A stretch of 62,482 bases of DNA, counting the filler, from Folioceros fuciformis (taxonomy: Eukaryota): the NCBI GenBank assembly GCA_049999805.1. It is 3 parts of 2 records of this genome, joined end to end, with 100 filler letters (N's around TTAATTAATTAA, not from the genome) between each part and the next. Parts side by side here need not be neighbours in the genome. Positions count along the whole stretch, not along the records: positions 21,363 to 50,767 come from JBNGIO010006284.1; 2 more parts are not named here. The stretch is one strand, 5' to 3'. This document shows positions 21,363 to 34,800 of the stretch, one piece after another. Position 1 is the first letter of the stretch, and each line of letters begins with the position of its first letter. The notes under the pieces are model-generated. The model searched no databases, had not been told where the DNA came from, and worked only from the letters and a program-made list of their open reading frames with translations. A program made the translations under genes and the position numbers.

Positions 21363-24300
21363 GCCGACCAGGGGCTGGACTAAAGCCGGACAGCAAACCC
21401 GAGTTCGGCCGGGTTGCTCAACCAGTCGGGCTGGCCGGTTCGTTATGGCGGGATGCTGGGCTGGGCAGCCAGACTGGCGGGCTGCCTGCAATTTCGGGGC
21501 GCAGTCAGGCCAGGAAGGCGACCGGGCTGATGGGTGATGACCGAGTTCAGGCGGCCGGGCAGGTGGCATGATCGGATGGGATCGGTGAGGTTTTTGGCGG
21601 GTCTGGCCAGATATATGGTATGCGAGAGCAAGCTAGCCGGGCCGATGGTGGTGAATCGAGCCAAAAAACCAAGACAGGCGTGGATCTGGTGGGAGGCCTG
21701 GCGAATCGGACGGGATCAGCCAGGAAGCAGCCTGCTTGCAGCTGAAGATGGCCAGGCAGGCAGCCAGGCCATTTTGGCAATGCATACAGCGGCCGGGCTA
21801 GTCGGAGTTGGAGGCCAGATGAGCGGGCCGAATGCAGGCCGAGGCTGGATCCGGAAGCCAGTCGCCCGGTCGGCTAGCCTGGCTTCTGGGTAGCTGGATT
21901 TAGTAGGCAACCAGCCGGCCAGGCTGGTTGTCTGGCTGAATCTGCCAGGCGGTTGGCAGTAGTGGCTGGGGTGGGTGGCCAGTGGACTCGGGTGATTTGG
22001 CTGGATCAGGTGGTGGCTGATCGATTGGCGGGTCGGATCTGACCATACATCTAATCGATGGGCTGGCCAAATCGGGACCGGAATGGATTAGGCAGTGGCG
22101 CTGGATCCACGGGTGTGCCGGACCGGGGCCGGACACACTGGCTAGCAAGGCAAAGAGCTGGAACTCAAGGAGCAAGGATGTGAAGGAGGTTAGCAGTGGA
22201 TGAGCAGGAGTAGGAGATCGACAAGCAATTGGAGGCCAATAACCAAGAACTATGAGGAGTATGGATGAGCGGATACACGTTCCTAAGAAGGCCGGAATGA
22301 GAGGGAAGGTTTCGCTTGTTGAGGGGCGAAGAGAAGTGCGTTGAGGTGGACGGGATTGTTACCGAAAGTGGTTGAGGGGACTGGATCGGGAAGTGGCGAA
22401 TCGGTGCAATATCAGGCTAAGGTCCCCGAGGGGCAGGATCATGAGGAGGAGCCTGTTTACACCGCAACCGGTGGATTGTGGAAGAACATCCTGGAAAACC
22501 AAAGTGAAGGCAGCCTTGAGAGTTACGTGGCGAGGGGTTCTCTCTAAAGAGTTTCTCCTTGAATGAGCACATGAGGGAAAGGTAGCTGCACAGAAGCAAG
22601 CTGAGACAGTTATCCGTGCATTGATAGATCTTTGCAGAAGTTAAGGGGAGATCTCGTATGTGCCCGGACTGGAAGATGCTCATGCAAGGAAGCGGATGTA
22701 GGCCGAAATCGCAGACCGCCGACAGGAGGAAATTATTAAGGAGCAATGGAAAGCTAACGAGAGAGGGAGGCTATTGCAACAGTCAGTAGAGGAGAGACTG
22801 AAAAGTGAACTCCGGCGAAGGAATGAAAAACAGCTCGAGTCTGGCTCCGAATCGGGTATGGTTTCGAGCAAGGGAGTTACAGTGGCCTGGACAGGGGTCA
22901 GAGGTGAAGGCTGCCAGGAGAATGCGTGCGGACGAAGCTGAGGGGTACCACCCCTTCCAAATATATGACATAAGTGGCATTCGGCTTTCCATCCGCTGGA
23001 CGGAAGGTCTAGTACAGGTGTGCCGCTAGTGGGTGAGAAGCTAGTGGTAGTTATGTTGGCAGAATGGAGGGGAAACCTGAAGATGGAAGGCTCTGAAGAA
23101 TGTAGGATGGTCGAAGGGCAGGAGATAATCCCATCGGGAGAGGAGAAGGGGGAAAGATAAGCACCCCTGATTTGTGGAAGTTGTGAGGGGTTGATGAGTT
23201 TGGGGTAAAGGGCAGCTAACAGGTCAAGGGGCAATTAGAAGCAGGGGTAGGTTAGAGTTAGGGTTCTTGGTTGGGGTTAGGTTTAGGTCGGACCTAGGTT
23301 AGGTCTAGGTCGGACCTAGGTTAGGTCTAGGTCGGACCTAGGTTAGGTCTAGGTCGGACCTAGGTTAGGTCTAGGTCGGACCTAGGTTAGGTCTAGGTCG
23401 GACCTAGGTTAGGTCTTGGTCCGACCTAGGTTAGGTCTAGGTCAGACCTAGGTTAGGTCTAGGTCAGACCTAGGTTAGGTCTAGGTCAGACCTAGGTTAG
23501 GTCTAGGTCAGACCTAGGTTAGGTCTAGGTCAGACCTAGGTTAGGTCTAGGTCAGACCTAGGTTAGGTCTAGGTCAGACCTAGGTTAGGTCTAGGTCAGA
23601 CCTAGGTTAGGTCTAGGTCAGACCTAGGTTAGGTCTAGGTCAGGCCTAAATTAGGGTTAGGTTAGACCTAGGTTAGGTTTAGGTCAGACCTAGGTTAGGG
23701 TTAGGTCAGACCTAGGTTAGGTTTAGGTCAGACCTAGGTTAGGTTAGGTCATACTTAGGTTAGGTTTAGGTCAGAACCGGATGTAGGATGGCTTAGGTCA
23801 GAGAGAGAGATGGTTAGGTAGTTGACTCAGGTTAACTTTAGTAGACAGAGATGAGGGCTAGGCAGTATAAGAGGGGGGATCTGCCAGTGAGAGAGGGGCT
23901 GTCTACGATGCGATTTTCCTAGACCTTGTGTGCAGAACTCCTGGCTTAGGGCGCTGAGCTGGTTGAGATTGAACCAAGGGCCGGATTTCCCTTGCCACTA
24001 GGGGAACGTGGAGGATCCCAAGACTGCCAAGATCCGTGTGGCCGGATCCACAAGGGCTGAATGATTCGCAAGCTGGCTGAGGTGAAGGGACAGGACCGTG
24101 AGCTAGGAGGGCTATCCAATCCTAGTATCCACACTACACTTGAAGGCTGCAAGGAGTGAAGTCATTGTGTCCCAATTTCCAGGGAATAGCTAAAGCAAAG
24201 AGAGGAAGAGTTGGGATGAAGTGCATAGAAGTGAAGAGTGAGCTGCTGAGGTGCAGTAGTGTGTGCTGAAGTGAAGAGTGAAGTACTGAAGTGAGGAAGG

Positions 24301-24536
24301 AAGGACTAAAGTGGGAAGCATGAGGAGCTGAAGGACAGGAGATCTGGAGTGTGAGTTGTGTGAGCTGAAGTGGGACTCATGAAGAGTTGAAGGATTGAAG
24401 ATCTGGAGTGCGAGTTGTGTGAGTTGATTTGAAGATAGGCTAGGCTACTAGCCTCCTTGTTGTGTGCGTGTGGACAGGTCTATAGACTGGCTGATAGGTA
24501 GAAGTGTGAGTGGATAGCTGTAGGTGTTCCTTGACA
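21363..24536 (+). mobile_element. Probable 3' non-coding region and 3' LTR (~23250-24536) of an LTR retrotransposon
   Basis: GC-rich low-complexity region, then purine tract AGAAGCAGGGGTAG (23237-23250, PPT-like), tandem array, TATA-like TATAAGAGGGGG at 23866, and GA-rich duplicated blocks. Ends in TGACA at 24536, where LINE sequence starts abruptly. No gag/pol visible, and the left end reads GGTTA rather than TG. Confidence 0.55.
23275..23775. repeat. 22-bp tandem array GGTTAGGTCTAGGTC(G/A)GACCTA, about 23 copies
   Basis: Directly visible: G variant in the first copies, A variant in the middle, degenerate TTAGGG/TTTAGG-containing copies at the edges. Confidence 0.97.
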
Positions 24537-25591
24537 CTGGTTCACTCCCTTGGGAGCGAATCATAAGGCTGCAACGACAATACGGGAAAGTGTGGCCCTT
24601 TGGTGGTTCTTGGGTGCAAGAAACCACTCCACAGAAGGCTATCTCTCGATCTTTCTTCAACTTCCCAACGGCGGACTTGTTCCTCTGGTTGGTGCGAGTG
24701 CAGAAAATCAAGCAAAGACAACCAATGGCTCCCCGACTGCAGTTAGTTGGACAGTGACAAAGGGAAGCCATCAAGCTTCTTTGGAAGTCTGCAGGAATCC
24801 CCCCCAAGGTTAGGTCTACGGTTTGGTGTTTTTTTCAAGCGTGTTTGCCTAATGCGGATTGTTGGGATGGGCTTTTAATTGCAACGGGGGAGGAATTGTG
24901 TCCACTATGCACCACAAGGGCCCCAAACAAGAGTCAACACATGTTCTTTCATTGCAGCTTTGCTTAAGAGATCTGGAGGGAGGTGGGCAAGTGGCTCTGA
25001 TTGATTTTTCCTAGTGCTAATCTCAGGATCACGAAACAATCAGCCTTATTTGGGCTGGACGCAACCTCGGGCAAACCTCTCCTTAAAAAAAAATGGTGGG
25101 GCTTACTGTGGTCTACTTGCCTTTTTTATCTCTAGGTTTATTGGTCCGGGATGGTCTATGGAGGACATGAGTCAGCTTCAACGAAAGCTTTGTTGTGGCG
25201 CATATGGGAGCATTTATTGATTGCAGCAAAAGCTTTGGAGCAATCCCGTCGAAAACAGTTTAAGTGGAAAGATTGGAGGACGGCGGGCTTCCTAGCTCCT
25301 GGGAAAGACACGGGTTGGAATCATTTGTGCCCATGGGGAAGGTGAGTCCTTAGGGTCGTTGGAAGACTTCAAGGTGTGAGTATAAGTGGCTTCGGCAGTC
25401 TACGGGTACCATAGTGTAGGAGAGCGTTCTCTGAGCGCCTTGTCTTGAGTTTTGGACTCAAGGCCAGTCTTCCCCCCCTTCTCTTTTGGCACTCGCTCTA
25501 TGTACATACGTTACCGGGGGTTCCCCTTTGTATTGTAAGTGGGAGGCATCTTCCAATCATAATCAGAATTCTTTTCTTCGTGAAAAAAAAA
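24537..25591 (+). mobile_element. L1-type LINE 3' end (zf-RVT region and poly(A) tail), decayed
   Basis: 24770-24990 translates to LLWKSAGIPPKVRSTVWCFFQACLP...LCPLC...HMFFHCSFA*EIW, the zf-RVT consensus. Ends in an A-run at ~25583-25591. Confidence 0.85.
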
Positions 25592-25730
25592 CCCTATATG
25601 TCCTAAAACACGACCAGGAAACACTTTTGCCTGAAAATAACGAAGTCTTGTTAGACGTATAGATCAAACTGTTCAATAAAAACTGATATAATTTCTTTCA
25701 TTGTGAATGGATGTCAGGTTCAACTTTCAT

Positions 25731-28700
25731 TTACATGGTTTGTGGTACACACTCTGTGGTAGATAGCGTTATGCATGATTGCAAACGAGATCGCCATGAG
25801 ACTGCCCCTCCTGTGCACATGAAGACGTAACTTGATGTGGACCTCCTTTTGTCCATATCCCCTGCATAATCAACATCCGTATATCCCACGACAGATGCAT
25901 CTTCACTACCAAAACATAAGCACAAAGCTTTCGTACTATTCAAGTACCTCATAACTCCTTTTACTGCGTCCCAATGCTTCCTGCCAGAGTTTGACATAAA
26001 CCTGCTAACCACTCCCACTGCAAAGGCAATGTCAGGACGTGTAGCAATCATTGCATACATCAAACTCGCTACAGCTGATGAGTATAGAACCTTCTCCATT
26101 TCCACTTTGTCCTCCGCAGAGCTTGGGCAATCCTTGCTCGACAGTTTCACATATGGAGGCAACGGAGTACTTAATACCTTCCCCTTCTCCATATTGAAAC
26201 GTTGAAGCACCTTGTTAATGTATTTAGTCTGAGACAAGTACAACAAACGCTTATGTCTGTCTCGACGAATATGCATGCCAAGAATATGGCTTGCCTCTCC
26301 CAAGTCTGTCATGTCAAAGCGACCATTCAACTTTGACTTCAACATTGAAATCTCATCACTGTTAGTCCTAGCAATTAGCATATCATCCACATAGAGGACC
26401 AGAATGAGCAAGCTTCCATCCTTAGCTTGCTTCGTATAGAGGCAATGATCCTCATCGCTACGCTTGTAGCCTTGAGAAAGCATAAATGAGTGGAACTTGA
26501 AATACCACTCCCTGGGTGCCTGCTTCAAACCATAAAAGGCTTTTCTTTAACCTGCACACTAGATTCTCTTTGCCCTTCTCAATGAAACCCTCTGGTTGCT
26601 GCATGTATACCTCTTCCTGGAGATCACCATGCAAAAATGCCGACTTCACATCCATCTGGACAAGTTCCATGTCGAGCCTCGCAACCAGACCAAGAACACA
26701 TCGCAAGGTGGTCATTTTGACAACCGGTGAGAAAATTTCATCAAAGTCATTATCTTGCTGTTGCTTAAAACCCTTTGCAACCAATCGTGCCTTGTACTTA
26801 GGTTTGCCATAATAGGATATGTCCTTCATCTTATACACCCATTTGCATGGCAACGCCTTCTTGCCCTTAGGCAACCGAACCAACTCCCAAGTTTGGTTCT
26901 TGTGGAGTGAATTCATTTGCAATTGCATCGCTTCCTCCCACTTGTCCTTGTCAGTCACTGACGTGGCCACTTGGTAACAAGAGGGCTCCCCACAATCCGT
27001 CAGCATGACATAATCAAGAGATGCAACATACCTGTCAGGAGGACGTGAGATCCTTCCTGACCTATGAAGCAATGGCGCCTCGACCGGAGCTGGTTGCACT
27101 CTCTCCTCTCGTATAAGTGGAGGAACTTGTTCCTGCACATCACGACGTTCAACCTGCGCAGGACGGTCAAATCCATCTTCTTGAAACACCACCCGTCGCA
27201 CCTCCACAGTTGGAGTAGGCTTCTTGTGCATCTTGGTCTCATTAAAGAACACGTCATTACTACAAACCATTCTCTTGGCCTCTGGATCCCACAGACGGTA
27301 TCCCAGCTCACCAGATTCACCATAGCCAAGAAAAATACATTTCTTGGACTTGGGTGCCAACTTGTCCCGAAACTCCTTAGGAACATGGTAGTATGCCTCG
27401 CAGCCAAACACTCGTAGATGCTTGTATGACGGCTTCTTTCCAAACCACATCTCCTCCGGAACCTGCTCATCCACAGCCCTATTAGGAGATCTGTTAATAT
27501 GATGCACCGTAGTAGCCATTGCTTCGGCCCAAAATCCGTTAGGCAATCCAGAGTTTGACAATAAACTACGCATCCGCTCCTGGATGGTCCTGTTCATCCG
27601 TTCAGCCACACCATTCTGGGGAGGAGTATACGGCACAGTCAATTCTCGTTTGATTCCCTTAGAATCACAGAATGACTGGAAAGCCTTCGAGACATACTCT
27701 CCCCCATTGTTTGTCCTTAGACACTTCAGTCGGAGGCCAGATTGAAACTCCACAAGGATGACGAATTTCTGAAACACTGTCAAAACATCATCCTTTTTCC
27801 TCAAAGGATAAACCCACACCTTGCGTGAAAAGTCATCAATGAAAGTGACAAAATAAGATGCACCGCCTAACGATACAGTGGGCATAGGTCCACAAACGTC
27901 ACTGTGAACCAACTCAAGAGGTTTACTTTTGTGTTTACCTCTTGCTCCATGTGGTGACTTCGTCTGTTTCCCATACAAACAGTGCTCACACACGGAGAAA
28001 TCGGAGAAGTCAAAAGCAGGGACGTAACCAAAACGAGATAAGATCTTCATTCCTTTTTGAGACATATGTCCTAACCAACTATGCCACAAGAAAACACTTG
28101 GCTGCTCCATTACACAAAATCACATGATCCTTAACAGTGGTTACCTGAAGTGAGTACAAAGTGCCACACTTTGTTCCACGAGCTAACACAAGAGAACCTT
28201 TGGAGACCTTCCAAGAATTATCTCCAAACCAACAGTGGTAGCCAGCGTCATCCAACTGCCCTGCGCTAATCGTGCTTTTTGTCAACCTCGGAACATGCCT
28301 AACATCCTTCAATGTGAATGAAGATCCGTTGTGGAACTTCAGCTGCACATCACCAACGCCTGCAATCTCGCACATGTAGCTATTTCCAAGCCGAACACAT
28401 CCTTTCCTAGTAGCATCATAAGTGCTAAACCACTCCCTATGCGGAGTAACATGGAAAGATGCTCCAGAGTCAATTATCCAATTAGAGAATAAATGACTAT
28501 CCACGGCTATTAGTTGTGCAGAATCGAAGGAAGAAGAGATAGGAACATCTCCATCGTCAACATAATTCACCTCGTTAGGCTTGGTACTCGGACTTGCCTT
28601 GGTGTCGGTTTGCTTCTTCTCCTTTCCTATGTCCTTCTTGAACTTCTCGCAGTCCTTTCTGATGTGACCCTTCTTGTGACAATGGTAACACTCAACATTG

Positions 28701-30421
28701 TTACCACTACGAGATTTACTACGGGAAGAACTTCGCTCCTTGTATTTCCCCTTTGAAGTGGACCTTCCTCTCACCATGAGGACGTTGGAACCTTTCGAAG
28801 GTTCCATAACAAACTACCTTCTACATTTACAACGGTAAGACCACTGGCAGGAGCCGAATTACTCAGAGCTGTACGAAAGGTGTCCCAGCTCTCTGGTAAT
28901 GTGACCAATAGAAACATAGCTCTCACGGAATTATGGAAATGAGATACCTTGAGATGAGAGGTGGCTGAAAATTGTATTGAACTCGTTTAGATGATCGGAC
29001 ATCCTCGTCCCTTCCTTCATCTTCAAGTCCACCAGTTGTTTCAACCAGTACACCTGAGAAGCCGCACTTTGCTTCTCGTACAGGTCACACAACTTCTGCC
29101 ATAGCTCGTAGCTTGTGGTCTTGTCTTTCACGTTGAAGTAGACCGACTTCGACAATGTTAGCATGATGGTAGACCTAGCAAGCTCATCTAGATCCTGCCA
29201 CTCATCCTAAGTCATGCTAACAGGTTTCACTCTTAGCAACTTTATCAGCTTGATTTGCTTCTTCTGCACTAGAACATTGTACACTTGTTCTTTCCAGAAC
29301 GGAAAGTTAAATCCATCTAACTTCTCGATATAGAACATGACGTTTTCGGAGGACGTCATGATTCAAAAAACCAATGCAAATCAACTAAAAGGCTAGTTAG
29401 TAAACAGTCGGAATGTAATGTAGATTCTCAAAGTTGCCCTCATAACTTGTTCCAAATCGGATGTCCACAACTTGGGCTTCGATTGCTCACAACTGGAATG
29501 TCTCCCATCGTCCGATCGAGATCTTGACTTCCACGGTCGGGGTCAACTCGGCGCCCACACCCTCGCACTCGACGATCGCAATTTGTTCGCTTTCTTGCAT
29601 CCATCTTGCACGCTCGGTGCCTTGCAAGATCCTCGCCTCGGTAGCGCTCCACTGGCGAACGACTACCGTCTAGGTATCCCTTCCATTGGTGCCTAGTTGG
29701 TGCCCAATTGGCGCCCTACGGGCCTTGCTGGCACCAGGGTGGCACCCCGCTGGCGCCCTGCTAGCGGCCAAGTGGCACCTTGGTGCCCGGGTGGCGCCAA
29801 GTGGCGCCTTGTTGGCGCCCGCGTGGTGGCCAAGTAGCGCCGCGTTGGTGCTGAGGTGGCGCCTTGCTGGCAGCCCAGTGGCGCTGAGTTGGCGCCCTAC
29901 TGGCGCCCTACTAGTGACCTAACCCTCCTAGCTCCATCTTCTTGCCTTGTGCCTCCGCTCATTGTACCTACAATAGGCACAACCATCTTGCTCCACAACC
30001 TTTGCTCTGATACCACTTGAACGGATCATTAAAGGAGCATGGTGAAGAAGAGGAGAGAAGAAGGGAGGAGGAGAGGAGAAGAGAAAGAGAGGTCTCACAG
30101 TGTCTCTCATAGCTCTATTGCAAAGGGAGCTCAAGAGGGTATTTATACCCTCTAAAAAAGCTCCCAAGGAAGCTTCACAAGAAGCTCACAGGAAGCTTCA
30201 CAAGAGGCTCATAGGAAGCTATGCAGGAAGCTTCCCAAAGATTAGCTTAAGCTAATGATACTTAATTAAACACGAATCTTAGACTAATTACATTAGTCTA
30301 ATTAAACTTATCACACTAGTCTTATTAAACTTATCACACTAGTTTAATTAGACTAATTACACTAGTTTAATTAGACTAATCACATTAGTCTAAGCACATT
30401 GGGCTTTAATAACCCTACACA
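25731..30421 (-). mobile_element. Tnt1-like Ty1/Copia retrotransposon: 5' LTR, PBS, gag-PR-IN-RT and partial RNase H; frameshifted and 3'-truncated
   Basis: PBS at 30004-30015; gag from ATG 29359 (IEKLDGFNFPFWK); zinc knuckle CYHCHKKGHIRKDC; protease WIIDSGAS; integrase LVHSDVCGP..TPPQNGVAER; RT KARLVAKG..QMDVKSAFLHG..LYVDDML. RNase H breaks off after SCITLSTTE. Frameshifts near 28810, 28100 and 26530. Confidence 0.97.
30018..30421 (-). repeat. 5' LTR of the Copia element
   Basis: TG...CA bounded segment 2 nt from the PBS. Minus-strand TATAAATA at ~30140-30147; short GGAAGCTTCACA-type repeats and TTAGACTAAT/ATTAGTCTAA inverted repeats in the U3 part. Confidence 0.8.
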
Positions 30422-30429
30422 TTCTGCAG

Positions 30430-33400
30430 TATCGAGTAACGGTTTATCAGCCAGAATGTTGTCTATAGATCTCCTTCCCTTGGGGATAGTGGGTGCAGTC
30501 TAGATGTTGTGTTAGAAGACTCTTCGAAGGATAGTACGTCGGATCAGCTGCCATGACAACCCATTGAGCATGCAAAACTTTCATCTTGGCAACTGGGGTC
30601 TACCACCTCGAGATCTCCTAGACCACGCGCCTGAAAAAAATGCTACCAAGCCACTTTAGAGCACCCACCCATATTATTTCTTGAACGTTTCCACAGGAAA
30701 GAGGTCTGCACCTGTTGTAAGCACTTCACCTCTGTCTTGGAAGGGGCCCACAAAAACAGATAATACCATAAAGAGGCAGTAAGGATATGATTAATCACCA
30801 CCAGCCTACTTACTAGATTGAGCTCCAACAATTGTAGACTAGCCGCTTTGCGAATGAACCTAAAGCAAATGTATTTCCCAATCTCCCCATTCTCATCCCC
30901 CTCTTGGAAAGGAAGCCCCAAATACTTGTGGGTAGAACCCAGAGTCACTCGCCTAATGTGATTAATGCACTGAGGAGGCTCCCCATCCATGTGAAGACAC
31001 ATCATGCACCTCTTGGTCCAATTCACCTTGTAGCCCGATAGCTCCCCAAAGACCCTGACCTATTGGAGCAACGCTTTCAATGAGACCTCCTTTGCCGAGG
31101 AAAAGAGGAGAGTATCATCTAGATATGCAGAGACCCTTAGCTACGTTCCATCTGGGTTCCGAATACCCACCACTGCTGGGTCTTGCTTGACTGCTCTGAG
31201 AAAGAAGTCAGTGACAATAATAAATAAGAACGGAGCAAGGGGGCAACCCTGATGTACCGACCGAGACATGCCAAAGCGAAGCCTCCGTAAAAGACCCATT
31301 TACAGCCACCTTGGCTCCTGCGTCTTCACACAAAATGGCTATCCATTTGCAGAAATTATTCCCGAACCCGAAGCTACGCACGCATCGCCACAGCAAATGC
31401 CACTCAACACAATCATAAGCCTTGTAAAAGTCAAGGGGAATGAAAATGGCGGCTTTCTTTTGTACCTGAGTGTTGTACTTAGCTTCCCTCAGGAGTAGGA
31501 GGTCGTCGAGGATGCACCTAGTTTGAATGAACCCTCGCTGCTCTTTCTCAATCCAATCATCAAGAAATGGTGTAATTCGGTTAGCCAGTACCTTAGCAAT
31601 CACCTTGTCCGTGGTAGTGAGCAAGGTAATCGGGCGCCAATTGAAGATTGATAAACTGGCGTCTTGCTTAGGGAGCAGGGAGATAACCCCCATATTGAAC
31701 CAGCTCCCCATGCTACCTTCCTCTCAAAACATACTAACTGGTTCCATGAATAATGGCTACATAAATTCCCACCCCCAGAGCAGGAACTCGGGATAGATAC
31801 CATCATGCCCCGGGGATTTATCCCTCGGCATCCCCTTCAGGGCCTGGAACACCTCATCAGCAGTTATCAGCTTATCCAGAGCCCTGCTCTGGTCCTTGCA
31901 CACTTTAGCCGAAAGTGCGCCATATGAAGAAGACCAAAGCCGTTCCCATCCTGCCACCTTCCCAACACTGGAGAAATGCCAACAAAGAACAGGGTAATAA
32001 GAGTTTTAAACCTCCGAGCGATTCTTGCACCACGCCTTGCACGTCTGGGAGGGCAGGGATTCGCGTCCTATGTCGGTTAGAGGCCACCTTATCAAAGAAG
32101 AATTTAGAAGGGTTGTCCCCCTCCCTCACCCACTTAACTTTGGCCCGCTTAAACTAACCTCTAGCCCTATCTTCTTCCAACTTTGCCAAGGTGTAGTGCA
32201 CCTCCGTTTTCCGGGCCTCTTCCGCACTTGTGAAGTCCCGGCCCTCGCAGCTCCTTTGTAACCAGCACAGTTCTTCCCTCAAAAAATATTCTTGCTGGCG
32301 TTGTTCTCTTGCTCGTTGAACCCCTTGCCTCCTCAAATACCTAGTCGCCTCATTGTTAGCACACATCAATTTGACCGCTGCATTTTCTTCCCCCTATTCA
32401 ACTCCATGCCAGATGGTTTTGATATCTTCAAAGACACCTTTTTCCTTCAGTAAGGATGTGTTCATCCAAAAATTTTGCACATGCCTCCTTGGGCGCTTAG
32501 ACTCAGGAGCAAGCCTCAAGTGCAAGCTAATGGGGTGGTGGTCGGAAAGGATCGTACCAGCGAGAATACTTTATGACTATACGAAAGCCAACCACCCTGA
32601 AGGAAATAAAACCTGTCCAACCTGCGCTCTCCCAAATTATGTTGTTCTTGGTTGGACCAGCTGAACATCAAGGACTGTGGTTGGCGATGTGCCGGGAGGG
32701 CCACCCAAGGGTCCTACATAGCCAAGACCGTGTCTCTCAGCTCCTGCCAAGACATACGCATGCTCGGATACCAACTGGGCTATCCCCTCGAATGTCCTCA
32801 CGACGTTCAACAAAGTTGAAGTCGCCAGCCAACATCCACGGGATCTATTCATCAAGCTGATCTCCCAGCCTACACCAAAGGATACTCCTGTCAATGGCAC
32901 CATTAGGCGCGTAAATATTGCAGATTCCAACTGGACCTTAAGGAGTTTGTAGCACCAGCCACACAAACCTTCCATCCTCATCTTGCCCCGATTCCAGGAT
33001 GTTGTGAGTTTGTTCTGGGTGAACTGTAATGGACACACCTCCGCGGGTCGCTGAAACTCGTTGAGAAGAGATTTCTCCACCTCTTGTATCCTCTGCTCTA
33101 GCTACTGCCCATTCTGTTCTACCAGGAAGAAAGATCTTCTTCACTTTCTGGATGTGCTCCATAGACAGTTTATGCTCTTGCAAGCACACAATATGCCATG
33201 TGACTTCCTCTTCTACCAGATTCTTTAGTCTTCTACACTTCGACGCCGTCTTTGACCATCCCCCCAAAACCCTAACATTCTAGGAAATGATCCGCAGGTG
33301 AGACCCCCTCTCGTAGTTCTTCAGAGTGTCGATACCCATTTAGCGGGACTTGCTTGAGAGATTCCGGATAGCAGAAGGCTTGGGCATCCTAGCCCCAGAC

Positions 33401-34800
33401 ACTGACTTGGGCCTCACCAAATGGTCCTTAACTTTGAGCTCAAGGGACAATCTTTGAAGCCTTTCAGACTTGTGAACAGCGGGAGCAGTCCTCCTGTCCT
33501 GACCATCTAAGGGCCCCTCGACATCACCCATTGCTGTGTCTGGACTCCATATCCTATCTTTCGCCCAAGGCACGTCCAAGATCCACTCCACTCTGGGATA
33601 AGTGGCATAGTGGGACCATAAACTTGTTTTAGCCGGATGTCAGCAAAAAGTTGACTATTTTTCTGGTAGATACCACTGAAGTATTCCACCTCCTTTCCTT
33701 CCTTGCCTACAGGGACCCCTCCAGCTGACAAGAAGTCAAAGATCCTTTCCTGCCCTGCATCCAATTGGTGGAGTGTGATAATAAGAGGTAGCTACTCCCC
33801 CCTCGCCTCCTATCATAACTAGAAAAGAATAAAATTCTTGAACCTTTCTCATAATCGTTAGGTTGATTGCAAACTATCTGCCTTTCCTCCTTGTTGTACC
33901 TTCCACCTTCTTGATCTCCTGGCCACTCAGCAAGTAGGATACCTGCTGCCCTGGAGGAGGATACTCATCCTACGCCATCTTGACCCGCACCGGGTCCTGT
34001 TCCAAGGAATTTCACGGAGAGGTGCTTCCTTCATCCCCGAAGAAAACGGCTTGCACCTCATGCCAGACAATATCAGTATCCTCATCGTCCTCAGCACAAG
34101 GAGCGGAGAATAGGTCCTCCTCGGATGCGTACACCACGTTATCTCTCATGGTGGGGCTAGCACAGTCCACCAAGGTTTTTTCGAGACACGCAGAACCATT
34201 TCCATCCATTCCAAACCCCCGTCCCACTCCATATCTGTGTTGACCGCGCACTGCCAAAGGGTCATTCCCGACGCTAGCTGAGGTCTTCCCAAGAAACCTA
34301 TTACCACCCCTTAGCCCTTCCAGCATCTTAATCTTTTTCCCTTCCGGAGAGGTTATATCCAAGGCCATGCGTTGAACCACTCTGTTCAATGCCTTCCTTG
34401 CTTTGGCCACAGCAATCTGATCCTGACGTTTATGTCCTGATGACAAATCTTCCGAGACACGGGTCCCCTTCCCTACTGCCACCTCCATGCTCCTCTGTTT
34501 GCCTGTGATCAAGACAAATGTTGCCACTGTTTTCCAGGCAGTGGAGTTGTAAGCCGGTTCTGCGCCTGGCTCTATGGTTCGAACAGGACCGAGGTCCCCC
34601 CAAGCCCTGGAGACTGAAGACCCGGAGCTGGCAAATTGCGAAGTGCTGGGTCCCCCCGCAGAGAGACGAGAGGTTGAAGCCCATGAAGCATCTTGGAAGA
34701 CTCCCTGCCCACTTCCTCACCGACCGCTTGAGAGGGAGTAACAGATCCAGTCCCCTGGTCCAAGAAGCTATTCCTGATAGACCTGAACAATGGCGAAGAG
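30430..34800 (-). mobile_element. L1-type LINE (ORF1 remnant, ORF2 endonuclease and RT), decayed, 3' end interrupted at the Copia LTR
   Basis: Endonuclease motifs LRIIS*NVR, IVCLQEHKL and RRLDRFY; RT motifs KSPGHDGI, NWRPITLL, KVIAKVLANR, LDFYKAYDCVEW, GCPLAPFLF and KYLGLP. Many stops and frameshifts. Confidence 0.93.

Noticed and set aside
23275-23775. Palindromic repeat array as a CRISPR array or true telomere
   Set aside because: The units abut with no unique spacers, there are no cas genes, and the context is eukaryotic. The unit is not a pure TTTAGGG/TTAGGG run and it is internal.
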